Shown: positions 10,738-22,792, counted from the stretch's first letter. The stretch is DNA of 48,040 nucleotides from Nemertoderma westbladi (GCA_032718475.1 JAUCBJ010003570.1:1-48040); one strand, 5' to 3'. A program made the numbers and translations. The notes: generated by a model not told the origin, from the sequence alone.

Positions 10738-12836
10738 TTAGGGAAAGTTTTTCAATGTAGATCTGCGTCGACCCATCTCATCTGTAACTTTAATTTTAGG
10801 TAACATTAATTCCACATTATCTTTTAGACCATAACCAGTGGGTTGAAATTGTTCTGTGTTATACTCTTCGAGTACTCCTTGGTTATAAGTTTCCCGATAT
10901 TGATCTGGAGTTTGACTATCAGAATATTGCATTGAATCTTGAGTTTCCAAATATTGATCATCATCTTGCGTATTGGGATCTTGATCTTGACTTTCCGGAT
11001 ATGCTTCTTGATCTTCATTTTCCCAATATTGGTCTTGATCTTCACTATATGGATATTGCTGTTGATCTTGATTTTGCGGCGATTGCTGTTGATCTTGACT
11101 ATATAGATATTGCTGTTGATCTTCACTGTCCAGATATTGGTGTTGATCTTGACTTTCTGGATATTGCTGTTGATCTTGTCTTTCCAGATATTGCTGTTGA
11201 TCTTGACTTTCTGGATATTGTTGTTGATCTTGACTTTCTGGATATTGCTGTTGATCTTGACTTTCTGGATATTGCTGTTGATCTTGACTTTCCGGATATT
11301 GCTGTTGATCTTGATTATATGGATATTGCTGTTGATCTTGACTATATTGATATTGCTCTTGATCTTGACTTTCTGGATATTGCTGTTGATCTTCACTTTC
11401 CAGATATTGCTGTTGATCTTGTCTTTCAGGATATTGCTGTTTATTTTGACTATATGGATATTGCTCTTGATCTTCACTGTCCAAATATTGCTGGTGATCT
11501 TGACTTTCTGGATATTGCTGTTGATCTTGACTTTCCAGATATTGCTGTTGATCTTCACTGTCCAAATATTGCTGTTGATCTTGACTTTCTGAATATTGCT
11601 GTTGATCTTGACTTTCCAGATATTGCTGTTGATCTTGTCTTTCAGGATATTGCTGTTGATCTTGACTATATGGATATTGCACTTGATCTTCACTGTCCAA
11701 ATATTGCTGGTGATCTTGACTTTCCGGATATTGCTGTTGATCTTGACTATATGGATATTGCACTTGATCTTCACTGTCCAAATATTGCTGGTGATCTTGA
11801 CTTTCCGGATATTGCTGTTGATGTTGACTTTCAGGATATTGCCATTGATCATACGTTTCAGCATATTCTTCATCATTGATTGGATTTTCATAAATTTTTG
11901 TGATTTCCAATTGAGAGCTGCCTTTCCATACCACGTGCTTTGAATGCTTTATGTCAGCATTTGATTTACTCCACTTCGAATCATCTTCTTGATTTAATTC
12001 ATAAGATGGTTTCTCTGTCTTTACAGGTTCTGGAGACATTCTTTTCGACTTTTGACTCCATTTCGAATCATCATTTTCAATTACTCTAGAAAATGGTAGT
12101 TCCTCCATCCTCTTCACATATGATGTCTTCGCTGTCTTTGGTTTAGTTTTTGAACCATCCTTCTTAATTACACCAGAAATTGGCACCCCATTCTTCTTGC
12201 TATTTAATGGCTTTGCAGCCTTTGGTTTAGAATTGGAACATTCCTTATTAAATACTCCAGATGATGGTACACCAATCTTCTTGTTATAAAATGGAATGGC
12301 AATCTTTGCTTCAGCCTTTGTAATCGTCTTCAATTTACTTTCTTTATTAGAATTTACTACAGAAGTTGTGCACTCAGATACTGATCGCTTCAAACTTGGC
12401 GATTGTGACTTTTTCTCTTTCCGATTCATCGGGCTTTTGGATTTGGATTTCGAACGACTAAAAAACTTCTTCACTTTGTCAACCCGTCTTCGCCATCTTC
12501 CTCTTTGGCGTTCTACTTTTTCACCGAATTCGTCGTTTTCTGTCACAATTTTGTCCATAATAATTGGGGAAGTTGCTGCACTAACAGTGTCCGTGACTGG
12601 CATTTTGTCCATAATAATAGGGGAAGTTGCCGCACTTTGTGCGCAAATAACTTTGTTCCCAATAGTATGAGGTATAACCATTGATTGCGATGTAGGAATA
12701 ACTTTAGATGGAGATTGATACATTCCTAGATTTGTAGTTCTTATGGAACGATCGGTAGAGAAAGTATTTTGTCTGGAAACTTGAACTGATTGGTCCTTTT
12801 TAGAGAGTCCACATGATGAATCATCCACAGAATCGT
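10738..12836 (-). CDS. Exon 4 (last) of the Q/Y/E/D-repeat disordered protein gene
   Basis: Long open frame; acceptor TTTTGTTTTCAG|AC at 12837 (phase 1); K/R/S-rich half followed by ~30 nonapeptide repeats; stop at 10738. Confidence 0.85.
11000..11850 (-). repeat. Coding 27-bp minisatellite (QQQYPESQD-type)
   Basis: Unit CAAGATCAACAGCAATATCC(A/G)GAAAGT in ~30 copies, with an 81-bp higher-order duplication. Confidence 0.95.
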
Positions 12837-12939
12837 CTGAAAACAAAAGAAGAAATATAAGCTGTAGGTTGTCACACTTCCAAAACAAGAGCCACCCTGT
12901 AAGACAACTGTAAGATTATGGTATTTGGGGGGATTGGTA

Positions 12940-13640
12940 GAGTAGATAGGGGCTATCCAGGATTTGGAAGTATCATAGGATACATCGGAAACTGAAGGTT
13001 CTCTTATTTAGAGGAGCAGTAGTTATAGTACTCCTATGGGAGTCCATGCGGGGCTCTAACTGCTGAGGATACCAATTCTCTGGACGGAACGTACACAAGA
13101 ATGCTACATCAGTACTGTGTCAAGTACAATGCACACATCTCCAACCAGACAGTATATAACATTGGAGGACCTGTACCTCATCCTTGAGACTTGAACAGAG
13201 CAGCCTCGCTTCGCATTGACATTGCATTCGACGTGAGGACCAGATTGTGCACAATCTTGTGGTTTGGCAGCCTCATGGGGAAAATAAACAAGATGGGTAT
13301 AATCTCGCGAAAGTCATACTGGTTAGGAAGTTGTGGCAGCGATCAAAATCAATTCTACTTTATAAAGATGATTAATGGCACTTGGACACAATAGACTACG
13401 CTTCATTGGTCATTAGTTTCCCGATCAGACCAGCCCTTTCACGATCTTGTGCTTTGGTGGCCTCATAATGAGAATCAGCATGGTTTACATCCTATGATCA
13501 TATTGAGATGCCTTTTAAAGGACACTGATCTTGAAGAGTAAACTAAGTCAAGGTTGATAGGAAGATGTGGCGAAGCAATTCTATCAATAAGCCGACATAT
13601 CATTCTTAACGCTGCTGCAATGCAGCATGTCGAATATAGT
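12940..13640 (+). mobile_element. Decayed 3' fragments of the RTE-like LINE family (in intron 3)
   Basis: Matches the 19940-20460 copy (GTACTCCTATGGGAGTCCATGC, TGTCAAGTACAATGCACACATCTCCAACCAGAC) and ends in GCTGCAATGCAGCATGTCG. Confidence 0.8.
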
Positions 13641-13691
13641 TAGAACATGTCATCAACACTTTAGGGGTTTATATATAAAATAATACTATAC

Positions 13692-13825
13692 CTTCTGAAT
13701 CACTGTCTTCCGAACCTTCGTCACTTTCATCGACATTCTCCACTGCCACAGATTCCCGATAGAACGGCTTATATCCGACTTTGGGCCGCCATCTAGTGCT
13801 TGGCGATGGTATACCACTAGCCCAA
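13692..13825 (-). CDS. Exon 3 of the Q-repeat protein gene
   Basis: TTCTTTAG|T TGG...GAA G|GTATAG; 134 nt, phase 2 to phase 1, encoding WASGIPSP...EDSDSE; phases fit both neighbouring exons. Confidence 0.75.
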
Positions 13826-13959
13826 CTAAAGAACAACATTATGTTATATTTTTGTACGCCCCCATGCGGGGCAGCTAGTGAAACCATTATTTTAACAAAT
13901 GATTATAATTATACTTAATGAAATGTATTCCTCTTGCTATCCACATTATGTTCGCGCTT

Positions 13960-14070
13960 TTTTGGTTAGCATCTCTGTGGGAGCAAAAGTCGGCAAATGA
14001 CGTCCAGGTGGGATCGAACTAATGACCTACAAGTAGGATGTCTGACGCTCAAACCATTCCGATAGCGGCA
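13960..14070 (-). mobile_element. tRNA-derived SINE-like head fragment
   Basis: The minus strand has A-box-like GGAATGGT and B-box-like GTTCGATCCC at tRNA-like spacing, but no intact cloverleaf. Confidence 0.5.
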
Positions 14071-14242
14071 CAGATTAAAGGTAGACCTGGAAATACTACT
14101 ATAATAAACCTATAATAATATGAAGCCACTCATTCAACCAAAATAACGACGATTTATTTGAGACCGAATTAATAAACAACGTTTCAATACCCTTACATAT
14201 ACCTTACATGTACCTTAGAGCCTTAACTTTATAGAAGTAAAA

Positions 14243-14805
14243 GTGTCTAAGTCTGTACTCCCAGATATTCCCATTGGTGATATCTCCTTTGCAGAAGTGA
14301 AGGCTGCTACAAAGAGCAATAAGACCAATCGTGCCAGTGGAGTAGATGGTGTTCCCCCTGAGGTCTTTAAAATACCTGAGTGTTTAAAGCTCATCTATCC
14401 CATCATAGTAGACATGTACCGAACAACAGGAGTCCCACAAGAAATGAAAACAAATAAGTTGGTGCCAGTTCCCAAGAAGGGCAACCTAACACTATATGGT
14501 TCTTTTCGGGGAATCTCATTAATCTCGATTGCTGCAAAGCTATACAATAGGATTCTATTAAATCGCATCAGGGATCCCATTGAGAGACTGCTCCGAGGAA
14601 ATCAGAATGGGTTCCGTAAAGGTCGTGGGACCATGGAGCCTATTTTGGCACTTAGAAGGATAATTGAAGAGTTATCAAAAAAGAAAGGCAGGCATCTGGC
14701 TGTTATCTTTGTTGACTTCTTCAGGCCTTTGATTCAGTCTCTCACTCACGTATGTTCAGCATACTTTCATTATATGGGATTCCTGATGAAATTATTGCAG
14801 CAATA
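14243..14805 (+). mobile_element. RTE-like LINE, 5'-truncated, left half (RT N-terminal part)
   Basis: ASGVDG..PEVFK, SFRGISL, QNGFR.GR, VIFVDF; 1-nt frameshift near 14720; ...DEIIAAI joins RSVYDG at 19403. Confidence 0.88.
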
Positions 14806-14922
14806 ATAATAATATATAATGAACAAGCCATGGATGGTATCGGCACCGATAATAAAATAACTATTAAATTAATTCTGTACGTTAACTATTAATAAAATAT
14901 TATGTTAAAATATCAGATCGAG

Positions 14923-17688
14923 TTAAAAACCAACATCTGTGGCCCAGTAGGTTAGACTGCGATGGTTGTTCGGACATTCAAGTAGATGGTACGTTGTGGC
15001 ATGATTTCCGCACAATTTACAGCAACAATCTGTGGAAGCAGCATGGAACCCGGCAGTATTACATATTAGATGGTGGAACCCATGGGCAGAATATCTTGTT
15101 ATGACGTGTCTTTGCTTGAAGTTCGCCTTCGTCCAGTCTCGGCTTGTTAGAGCGGGTGTGTTCCAGAATGCGCTGTCAATTTCGGAAATTTTCGCTGTAT
15201 TGATGTTTAAATATTTTGTAAACTCCTCCATCTTTGGCAATTTGTGGCTACTTTGGAGTTCTATTGATAGATTGCGTTCCTGCGCGATGGCGATGACCAG
15301 GCGATTATGTGTGTTTTTGTGTAGACCCAATACACGTTTTAGGTATGATGACTTTATTTTATCGAGAGTAAGGAAATTTGTAGCTGTGAGGTGCGGCCAT
15401 ATTATCCCGAGGCTGTATGTTACACACGGCCGAATTTTCAGGTTGAACAGTTTTATTGCTGTCTCGAGTGATAACAGTTTGGGATCTTTAATCGAATGAA
15501 CAGCCGAAAGCGATTTAGTTACAATTTTCGATATATGCATTGTGTAGCAGAGTGTTGTTTGGAATATTACGCCAAGGTGGGTGTAAGAGTTGGTAATTTT
15601 AACTGTATCGTTGTTGTAATAAAATTTATCTTCTCTTGACAACCTCCCGCCCTTCCTAAACTTAATAATCTCGGTTTTGGTCAGATTAACCTGTAGTCCG
15701 TTGTGAGCCGCCCACTTTGCTGTTGCATTCAATGCTGTTTGTAGACCTTCTCTGGATTCGCAGTAGATAAGAAGGTCGTCCGCAAAAATAAATACTATTA
15801 CTGCGATGGCTGCGCGTTTGATTGCAACGATTAAGTCTAAAATAAACAATATAAATAGGAATGGGCTTAGTGTGTCTCCTTGTAAAACACCGCGGGTTTG
15901 AGTTATGTAATCACTCTTCCGTAGCCCGTCGAATATTTGTAGGTAGTTCATACTGAGTATTGTCTTAATCAGTCGCAGCAGACGTCCTTTAACGTTAAAC
16001 ACGTGTTCGAGTTTGTGTAGTAGTCGTTGTCTTGGTACCAAATCGAACGCCTTTCTGAAATCGATAAAGGCCGCGAATAAGGGCTTCCTCGATTGAGATA
16101 GACATGAGTTAATTGAGTCTACGAATTGTTTCAGTGGTTGTTGAGTTGATCGTCCCGGCATGAATCCATACTGGTCGTATGGGATGACAGACTCAAGGAA
16201 TTTGCGGAGGCGTTTTGTAACTAAACCCGTGAGTATCTTATAGGAGTTGCATAGAAGGGCGATACCGCGGAATGAATCGGGTTCGTTTCTCGAACCTTTG
16301 CCTTTATACAGCACCTTTACGATACTGGTTTTCCACAGAGATACAATGGTACCCGTTGCCATGCAGAAGTTGAACAAGAGCACCCACAGGTACACTGTTA
16401 GTGCCGCAGCAGATTTCAATGTTTCATAGGTAACATTGTCAGGGCCACCCGATTTCCCATTCGGTTTCTTTTGAATTTCTGCTGCCACCTCTTCGACAGT
16501 AAAATCCCTGTTGCAGGCATCGTAAACATCGACTGGGGGGGCCGTTAAATGGATAATGTTGGAATCGATCGAGTCAATGTCCTCTGGGGTGTTGTAAAGA
16601 GTCGAGAAATGGTCATCCCATTTGGACAGCGGTACTGTGCTTGCAGATTGTGTTTTGGTTGAGCGGCACCATTTATATGGATTGGATTCCGCTTCGTTAA
16701 CGAGTTTCTCTTCCATTCGCTTATTGTAGTCGTTTTGTTTCGCGATTATTAGTTCTTTGTACGATTTACGCAAATTGCATGCCTGCTTTCTGAGTTGTAC
16801 ATCTTGCTTCGCCAATCGGCGTAGATTTAATACACTCTGCCGGCAGTCGAAACACTCTTTGTCGAACCAAGGTTTCGCAGCCCGGGTAGATTTGTGTTTA
16901 TGTAGAGTGGTGTCTTTAATGGCGCCCGTCAAATTGTCATATGCATCGTCGAGATTCCCCTCCTCGAGATTATTACGAACCCGGTTTAGTCTATCATCCT
17001 TACCCAGTTTGGCTGTGTCGAGGTTTCTAGAGAGTTGGGGGGAGACTTCTGTGGGTTGGGCACAATATGTATCCATAAGTTCCCAGGATGCTATTACAGG
17101 TACATGTTTCCGAAGTGCGATATTCCGATACTCGACTGCCGTCACCTCTTTGTTACTGAATACGAGGTCTATTTCGCTAGAGCCATTGTGGCAATAGTAA
17201 GTTGGTTCGCCTGGTTTATTCTGTACACTAAGACCCATGTCCGCCATTAATGTTATTAGTGGAACAACCCTTCTGTGGTTCGCCACATCGATCCTGGCAT
17301 TGAAGTCACCGCCAATCATTATTATGTCGGAATTAGGAATGTTATCTAGCATCGTTAGGATGCCGTCAATGAAGTCTTCTAATCCAATATCCGGAGCAAA
17401 GTAGCAACAAGCGATTGTACCGAGGTCGCAGCCAAGAACTACAAATGATTCATCCTTGCTAATGAACCTCGGGTTTAGATGAGGTTTTACTGCTACAGTT
17501 ATTCCCCCCACTGGTCGCCCTGGGCCGGGGTGTTTAGTAGCCTGCGAACTGTAAATATAATAGCCGCTTATATCGATATCCGAACAAGATAGGGTTTCTG
17601 TTAACAGCAAAATGTCTGGAGTTTTTAAAATATCTGTTTGTATGAGCGATAGTACCGAGTTCAGTCCCTCCACATTCCACAACAACAA
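14923..17688 (-). CDS. LINE ORF2: APE endonuclease, reverse transcriptase and C-terminal Cys/His finger (921 aa)
   Basis: APE motifs WNVEGL, LTET, GGDFNA, PTY, IDLVF; RT motifs GPD, FRGIALL, QYGF, FIDFRKAFD, GVLQGDTLSP, FADD; C-terminal CKLC-x7-H-x3-C. Confidence 0.95.
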   Translation of the reverse strand: MLLWNVEGLNSVLSLIQTDILKTPDILLLTETLSCSDIDISGYYIYSSQATKHPGPGRPVGGITVAVKPHLNPRFISKDESFVVLGCDLGTIACCYFAPDIGLEDFIDGILTMLDNIPNSDIIMIGGDFNARIDVANHRRVVPLITLMADMGLSVQNKPGEPTYYCHNGSSEIDLVFSNKEVTAVEYRNIALRKHVPVIASWELMDTYCAQPTEVSPQLSRNLDTAKLGKDDRLNRVRNNLEEGNLDDAYDNLTGAIKDTTLHKHKSTRAAKPWFDKECFDCRQSVLNLRRLAKQDVQLRKQACNLRKSYKELIIAKQNDYNKRMEEKLVNEAESNPYKWCRSTKTQSASTVPLSKWDDHFSTLYNTPEDIDSIDSNIIHLTAPPVDVYDACNRDFTVEEVAAEIQKKPNGKSGGPDNVTYETLKSAAALTVYLWVLLFNFCMATGTIVSLWKTSIVKVLYKGKGSRNEPDSFRGIALLCNSYKILTGLVTKRLRKFLESVIPYDQYGFMPGRSTQQPLKQFVDSINSCLSQSRKPLFAAFIDFRKAFDLVPRQRLLHKLEHVFNVKGRLLRLIKTILSMNYLQIFDGLRKSDYITQTRGVLQGDTLSPFLFILFILDLIVAIKRAAIAVIVFIFADDLLIYCESREGLQTALNATAKWAAHNGLQVNLTKTEIIKFRKGGRLSREDKFYYNNDTVKITNSYTHLGVIFQTTLCYTMHISKIVTKSLSAVHSIKDPKLLSLETAIKLFNLKIRPCVTYSLGIIWPHLTATNFLTLDKIKSSYLKRVLGLHKNTHNRLVIAIAQERNLSIELQSSHKLPKMEEFTKYLNINTAKISEIDSAFWNTPALTSRDWTKANFKQRHVITRYSAHGFHHLICNTAGFHAASTDCCCKLCGNHATTYHLLECPNNHRSLTYWATDVGF

Positions 17689-17724
17689 AGAAACGTTTGC
17701 CGTGGATGATCCCGTGTTCCCCTG

Positions 17725-18135
17725 TCAGTTACCTGGATTCACCGGCATGTCAGGGTCAGCAGTACTGGTACCCCGACCCGCGTCCCGCGGGAACCGTCGC
17801 TGAAGACCGAGCGCCTCTCTTTCTTCGTCGTTTAACTTATAATTCCGAATGGAGATTCCTGTTTCCCATAGCTCCGGGTCCATTAGTGCATTACGGTCCT
17901 CCTGGTTGCAGGTCAGGGGGAAACTCTTGTATGGCGAATCCTGTCTCATGGGTATGGGAGTGACCGAGTCGAACTTGCAGTTCTCACTCCGGAGAAAGTC
18001 TGAAATCTCATCTTCGGTGACACTCGGGTCCAGTCGCCCAATGTGTATATGTGCTTTATGTACCTGCGGTTGCCGTGCCTCTGGTTCGGCACGTTGCGGT
18101 TGGGCTACACGCAGTGGTCCGCCTACTCTGCTGCC
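17725..18135 (-). pseudogene. LINE ORF1 C-terminal RRM-like region (stop codon upstream)
   Basis: HIHIGRLDPSVTEDEISDFL...YKSFPL...PELWETGISIRNY resembles the RRM of CR1/L2-group ORF1; in-frame TGA at ~18137. Confidence 0.65.
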
Positions 18136-18509
18136 TCAGGCCGACGGGTATGAGTTGTTGCTACCCGGAGTATTACGGATACCAGCTGGAGTTGGATAGT
18201 TTGCATTGCGGATACTCGGCCTGTTTCCTTCTCTGATCATGTTTTGACGCTGGGGGTGAACGTACCGATTTGGGTCCGTTTGTGTTTGCGGATGACACAC
18301 TGCAGCGAAAGTACGGTTATCGTCCGAAGGCTGGCGCCGGATGCTATCCGGCTCGGTCGACAGACACGGATTTTGTGGCCGAATCGACTTTTCCGTTGTC
18401 AGTTTTAGGAGTTGTTCCTAAGTACTTAAATTTTGTAACTGTCTCAATAGCCTTACCATTTATCGATATATATTTAACTAAATCGTTGTTACTAGATTTC
18501 GGTATGTAC

Positions 18510-19200
18510 CAGGTTGGAATTCATGCATGAGCGCGCAGGTACGCTTTGTTGTTTTGAAATCACCGCGCACCTGAAATTGGCTCGTCGCGCACCTCATCAT
18601 AGGCCCAATCAAAACAAAATCGCGCAGCTCATGTCATGCCAGGTTGGAATTTATGTAGAGTTTGCTCAACATGTGTGGCGCGGATTAAGGATCCTGGCGC
18701 GTAGTGACAGGGGCGTGTGGCACGGATTAAGGATCCTGGCGCGTAGTGATATGGGCGTGTGGCGCGCATTGAGGATCCTGGCCTTCCTGGCGCGAATATG
18801 GATGTAGCGATGTAGGGTTAGGTTAGGACTTAGGACAGTAGGAGGTAGCGTAGCAGTGCACTAGCAACACATCCCACTCTACAGCTCTATTTGAAATTAT
18901 TCCATATTTTTAAAAAGATTGAAAAATGTCCGCTCGCTTCGCTCGCGTTTATACTGCAAGTCTACTCTTAGTACTGTCTGGCTGTGGACAAATGGAAATG
19001 GACAGATTGAGCATGACCATTAAAAACATGACTTATTGTTTCAAAAGTTTTTCAATTGTCAGATTCTTCAAACCAATAAAACCATGACTGATGACAGCCT
19101 GCATGATTCAGCAGAATTTCCGTGCTCGCTACGCTCGCGCCAGCTCGCAATTTAATGACATCTGCATTTCTGTATTTGAAAACAGTCGGTTTGCCAACTT
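18510..19200. mobile_element. Probable non-autonomous DNA-element fragment with internal tandem repeats
   Basis: CAGGTTGGAAT at 18510 and 18640; three ~43-bp GTGTGGCGCGGATTAAGGATCCTGGC units; weak inverted end TTTGCCAAC near 19190. A separate RT-thumb scrap (INGKAIETVTKFKYLG, minus strand) lies at ~18410-18500. Confidence 0.4.
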
Positions 19201-19402
19201 TAAATGTTAAATTTAAATGTTAAAATCTGCATTTAAAAATAGCCTAGTCAGTTGACGTTGACCTACTACTACAGTCAGACAGTACTACTACTACAACTAC
19301 AGCACTATCTGACTATTGCTGTCGGACAGTCCAGACTGTATTTATGTTAACATAATTGGAAAATTTACGTGCTCGCGTCAGTATACGTGTATTTACGTGC
19401 TC

Positions 19403-20467
19403 AGATCAGTATACGATGGTTCGACATCATTTGTGTCTACTGTTGACGGTGACACAGAACCATTTGAAGTTTTATGGGGCGTCCTCCAGGGAGACACACT
19501 TGCACCATTCTTGTTCATAATTGTTGTTGACTATGTTCTACGCATGTCCTTAGATCATCATAATGATGATGGGTTGATGATAACTCCACCTACTGGCTCC
19601 AGAAGTCGAGGAAATCCTGCCAAGTACCTAACTGATCTAGACTTTGCTGATGACTTAGGAGTACTCTCAGAATCACTAGAGGGAGCCCAACGGCTCCTCA
19701 GCTCATTAGAACATGCTGCTTCTAGTGTTGGTCTTTTTATTAACTCCAGAAAGACCAAAATTTTGACAGTTAACTTTGAAAGTCCTCAGCAAGTCTCTGA
19801 TCGGATGAGCATAAGCTCAAAAGATGGTATGCTTGAGCATGTGGATGACTTCTGTTACCTGGGATCATGGATCCGGAAGTCAGGTGAGGACCTTCGAATA
19901 CGTAAGGGAAAGACATGGGCAGCCTTGAATAGGCTTTCCAGGATTTGGAAGTCACCAAGAATTAATCGTACACTTAAGGTCCGATTATTTAGAGCAGCAG
20001 TAGTTCCAGTACTCCTCTATGGGAGTCCATGCTGGGCTCTAACAGCTGAGGACACCAAATCTCTGGATGGCACATTCACAAGAATGCTACGCCGGGTTCA
20101 TTGTGTCAAGTACAATGCACACATCTCCAACCAGACACTATTTAACATTGGAGGTGTCTCATTGGTTCACCCAAGCTTGACACTAGAACAAAATCGCCTC
20201 CGCTTTGCAGGACATTGCTTTCGCCGTGAGGACCAGCCAGTGCATAATCTTGTACTTTGGCAGCCTCATGGAGTGAATAAGCATGGTGGAGAGCCCATGA
20301 CTTTCTTGAGACGCATCTTAAAGGACACTGGCCTTGAAGATGCTGATGATCTAGCAAATGTCATGGGTGATAGGGAGTTGTGGCGGTGCAATTTTGTCGA
20401 TAAGCCGGTACAGCATTCTTAAAAATGCAGCTGCAATCCAGCATGCCGATCCTAGTAGTAGTAGTAA
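19403..20467 (+). mobile_element. RTE-like LINE, right half (RT core to 3' tail)
   Basis: GVLQGDTLAPFLF, DLDFADD, FCYLGS, VLLYGS, RLRFAGH; stop at 20422, short UTR and (TAG)n tail. Confidence 0.92.
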
Positions 20468-20777
20468 CCATGTGGGCCTATGTTATGGGATCCTAAAGAG
20501 ATGGGTAAGTACCTGGAGGAATAGAGAGTGGTTGACTTACGGAGCAGGATTAAACGTTGGGAGTAAGAGTGGCGCCCAATCATCCTTACAGTTAAAAGCC
20601 AAGAAAGAGGGTTGCCTCCGGGTTGACTAATTTCTGATATGTTTACTCATCTAGGGTTGACTAATTAAGAAATTAATGGTACATTTTTGCCTAATATTAA
20701 ATATTTACATTTATTATTTATCATTTACACCGCTGAGGCGAGATCTTTAATATTTTAATAAAAACTACTATCCTCAC

Positions 20778-20881
20778 CTCCGCTTCCTTCTATTTGTCTC
20801 GACTATCTCAGATCCAATCATATGATCGTGAACTATTCTAGTGCAAACGACTTTACGATGCCCTGGCCCTTTCCATGTTGG
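20778..20881 (-). CDS. Exon 2 of the Q-repeat protein gene
   Basis: TGTTTAG|CCA...CGG AG|GTGAGG; 104 nt, phase 0 to phase 2, open frame PTWKGPGHRKVVCTR...NRRKR. Confidence 0.7.
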
Positions 20882-21174
20882 CTAAACATAATTTTTAAAT
20901 TATTATAATATAAAATTCAACCACTGACTCAATTTAAAAGCATTGGCGTAGTTAACTGCAAAAACGGCGGTGATATTACATTTATCTTGGTGAAACGGTG
21001 ATTACAGCTAGCTGGTAAACGGTCCTATTAGACCTACAGTTAAGTAACTGGTAAAGCTAAGATAGTAGGCCTACTGCCTACTCTCTAATATGGAAATGGC
21101 AAGATTGACATGTTAGGCCTACCGCAATATGCCGCAATAATTATATAGCTGCAGTTATTGGGATCTATTATTAC

Positions 21175-21243
21175 CTTGTATGGAGAGGAGGATTTCACCT
21201 CTGGTATTTCGAAGCTACAATTTAACTCGGTATTAATATCCAT
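21175..21243 (-). CDS. Exon 1 (coding part) of the Q-repeat protein gene
   Basis: GAAAATGG start context, MDINTELNCSFEIPEVKSSSPYK, donor AAG|GTAATA in phase 0. Confidence 0.65.
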
Positions 21244-22792
21244 TTTCCTTCGGTGTATTTATTTTATAACTTCGTTGCTTTTAAAATGTAGAAACTTTAC
21301 TAATTTCTTGCCTTAAGAGAAAGTGAAACTAAATCGCTGGATGATTCCAGAAACGTCGTCATTGCTCCTTCAAATTCGATAACAGCCAATCACAAACGGT
21401 TGGCAAAATCAGTGTTCAACCATTCATCCGATCACCCTTATAATGATGTCATTGGATATATTAATAAAATAAATTGGTTTGCATTGAACTTTATTTTAGT
21501 AAGCATATAATAGGACAAACAATAATAGGCACAAATTGATTGAAAAAGAAGAAATATATAACACGTTTATGAGTAGACATATATTAGTTATTATTATTCT
21601 TATTGTCAAAGTTGACTGTTATTGGTTGATCATAATAATGTATACCGTAGTAGTACTGTACCTACTGACATAAATAAAACGTTGTAGTACATAAGTACGT
21701 ATTTACTATATACGTATTTAATTAATACACAAATTAAATTTAGTTGTTATAACAACTATATTTGCATATGGGGAACAATTCAAAACTAAATTTAAATATT
21801 AATAAAATAAAAGCCAAAACACAAAATAAGAAGAAAACATTGCGTGTCATCGAATTACTGTTAATTGTGTATATATGTAATCTATCGCAATTATAAATCC
21901 TAAATCGTGACCCCTTCCTTACCACAGCTTCTAAAGGGTACAGAATGTTTCATAATCGTTGCTGTCTACATATCAGCTCAATACAAGAGGGGAGGGGGAG
22001 ACACAACAAATAACATCACAGTTTAGTGAGACATCATGATATATTGACTGGGTGAAACTTAAGAAAAGGACAAAATATGCTAAAAATGTGTTACCCACCA
22101 CACGACCCCCGCCCCCACACACCCACCACTCCCTTTCAAACACATAAACAAATCTTTGAAACCAATTTTTTAAATAGCTTATATGCACCAACGAAATGCA
22201 CATTCCTTATAGAAAATAATAAAAAATGTTACCAAATTATAATATTACTAAACATAAATTGTCTCTAACTACTATTTCTACTTTCTTAAAATCTTTATTA
22301 AATAACTAATTTAATGCCGTATCTATTAAATACAACTTTCGTATTCAAGTAAATCTCGATCAAAAAGTAAACGAACAAAAATTAAGCGAAAATGTCAATG
22401 TCAAAAACACGGAACTGCCAAGAGAAAACAAAACTAAGCAATAATTTATCATAAAGCTATTAAAGCAGATTCATACTAATGATTTATACTATAACCGGTT
22501 TCTGGGGCTAGGCTAAACTGTAAGCCATTACCGAACTGTTATAATTGTATTAGGAACGCTTTCCAGAAGTAGTTGTGGATATGTGCTTGCGGGTCAGAGG
22601 CTAGTAATTAATTATGCCTGAGAAAGTATTGTAAAAACACAAGCGCATTTGGAGGGGGCGTCCCCCTGCTATGGTGTTTCATTGTTATGCTGTACAAAGG
22701 CGTCGTGACTTTGTAAGAAATCAACAATTGCAAATATGTCGTTTGATAACTACAAGAATATAATATAAATACTGAATTTATTGCAGATTTCC

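Larger units (their letters stand above)
14806..18408 (-). mobile_element. Non-LTR retrotransposon (APE-RT; RTEX/L2-like, clade uncertain) nested in the RTE copy
   Basis: Partial ORF1, intact ORF2, and a 3' UTR ending in (ATT)n at the RTE junction. Confidence 0.9.

Noticed and set aside
10824-11943. Long ORFs in other frames (KVKINSNI, DIAVDLDF, ILLLILTFW repeats)
   Set aside because: These are shadow frames of the stop-poor 27-bp repeat; only the Q-rich frame extends into unique sequence and splices in phase.
13960-14070. tRNA gene
   Set aside because: A/B-box-like motifs are present but there is no consistent acceptor stem or cloverleaf; treated as a SINE head.
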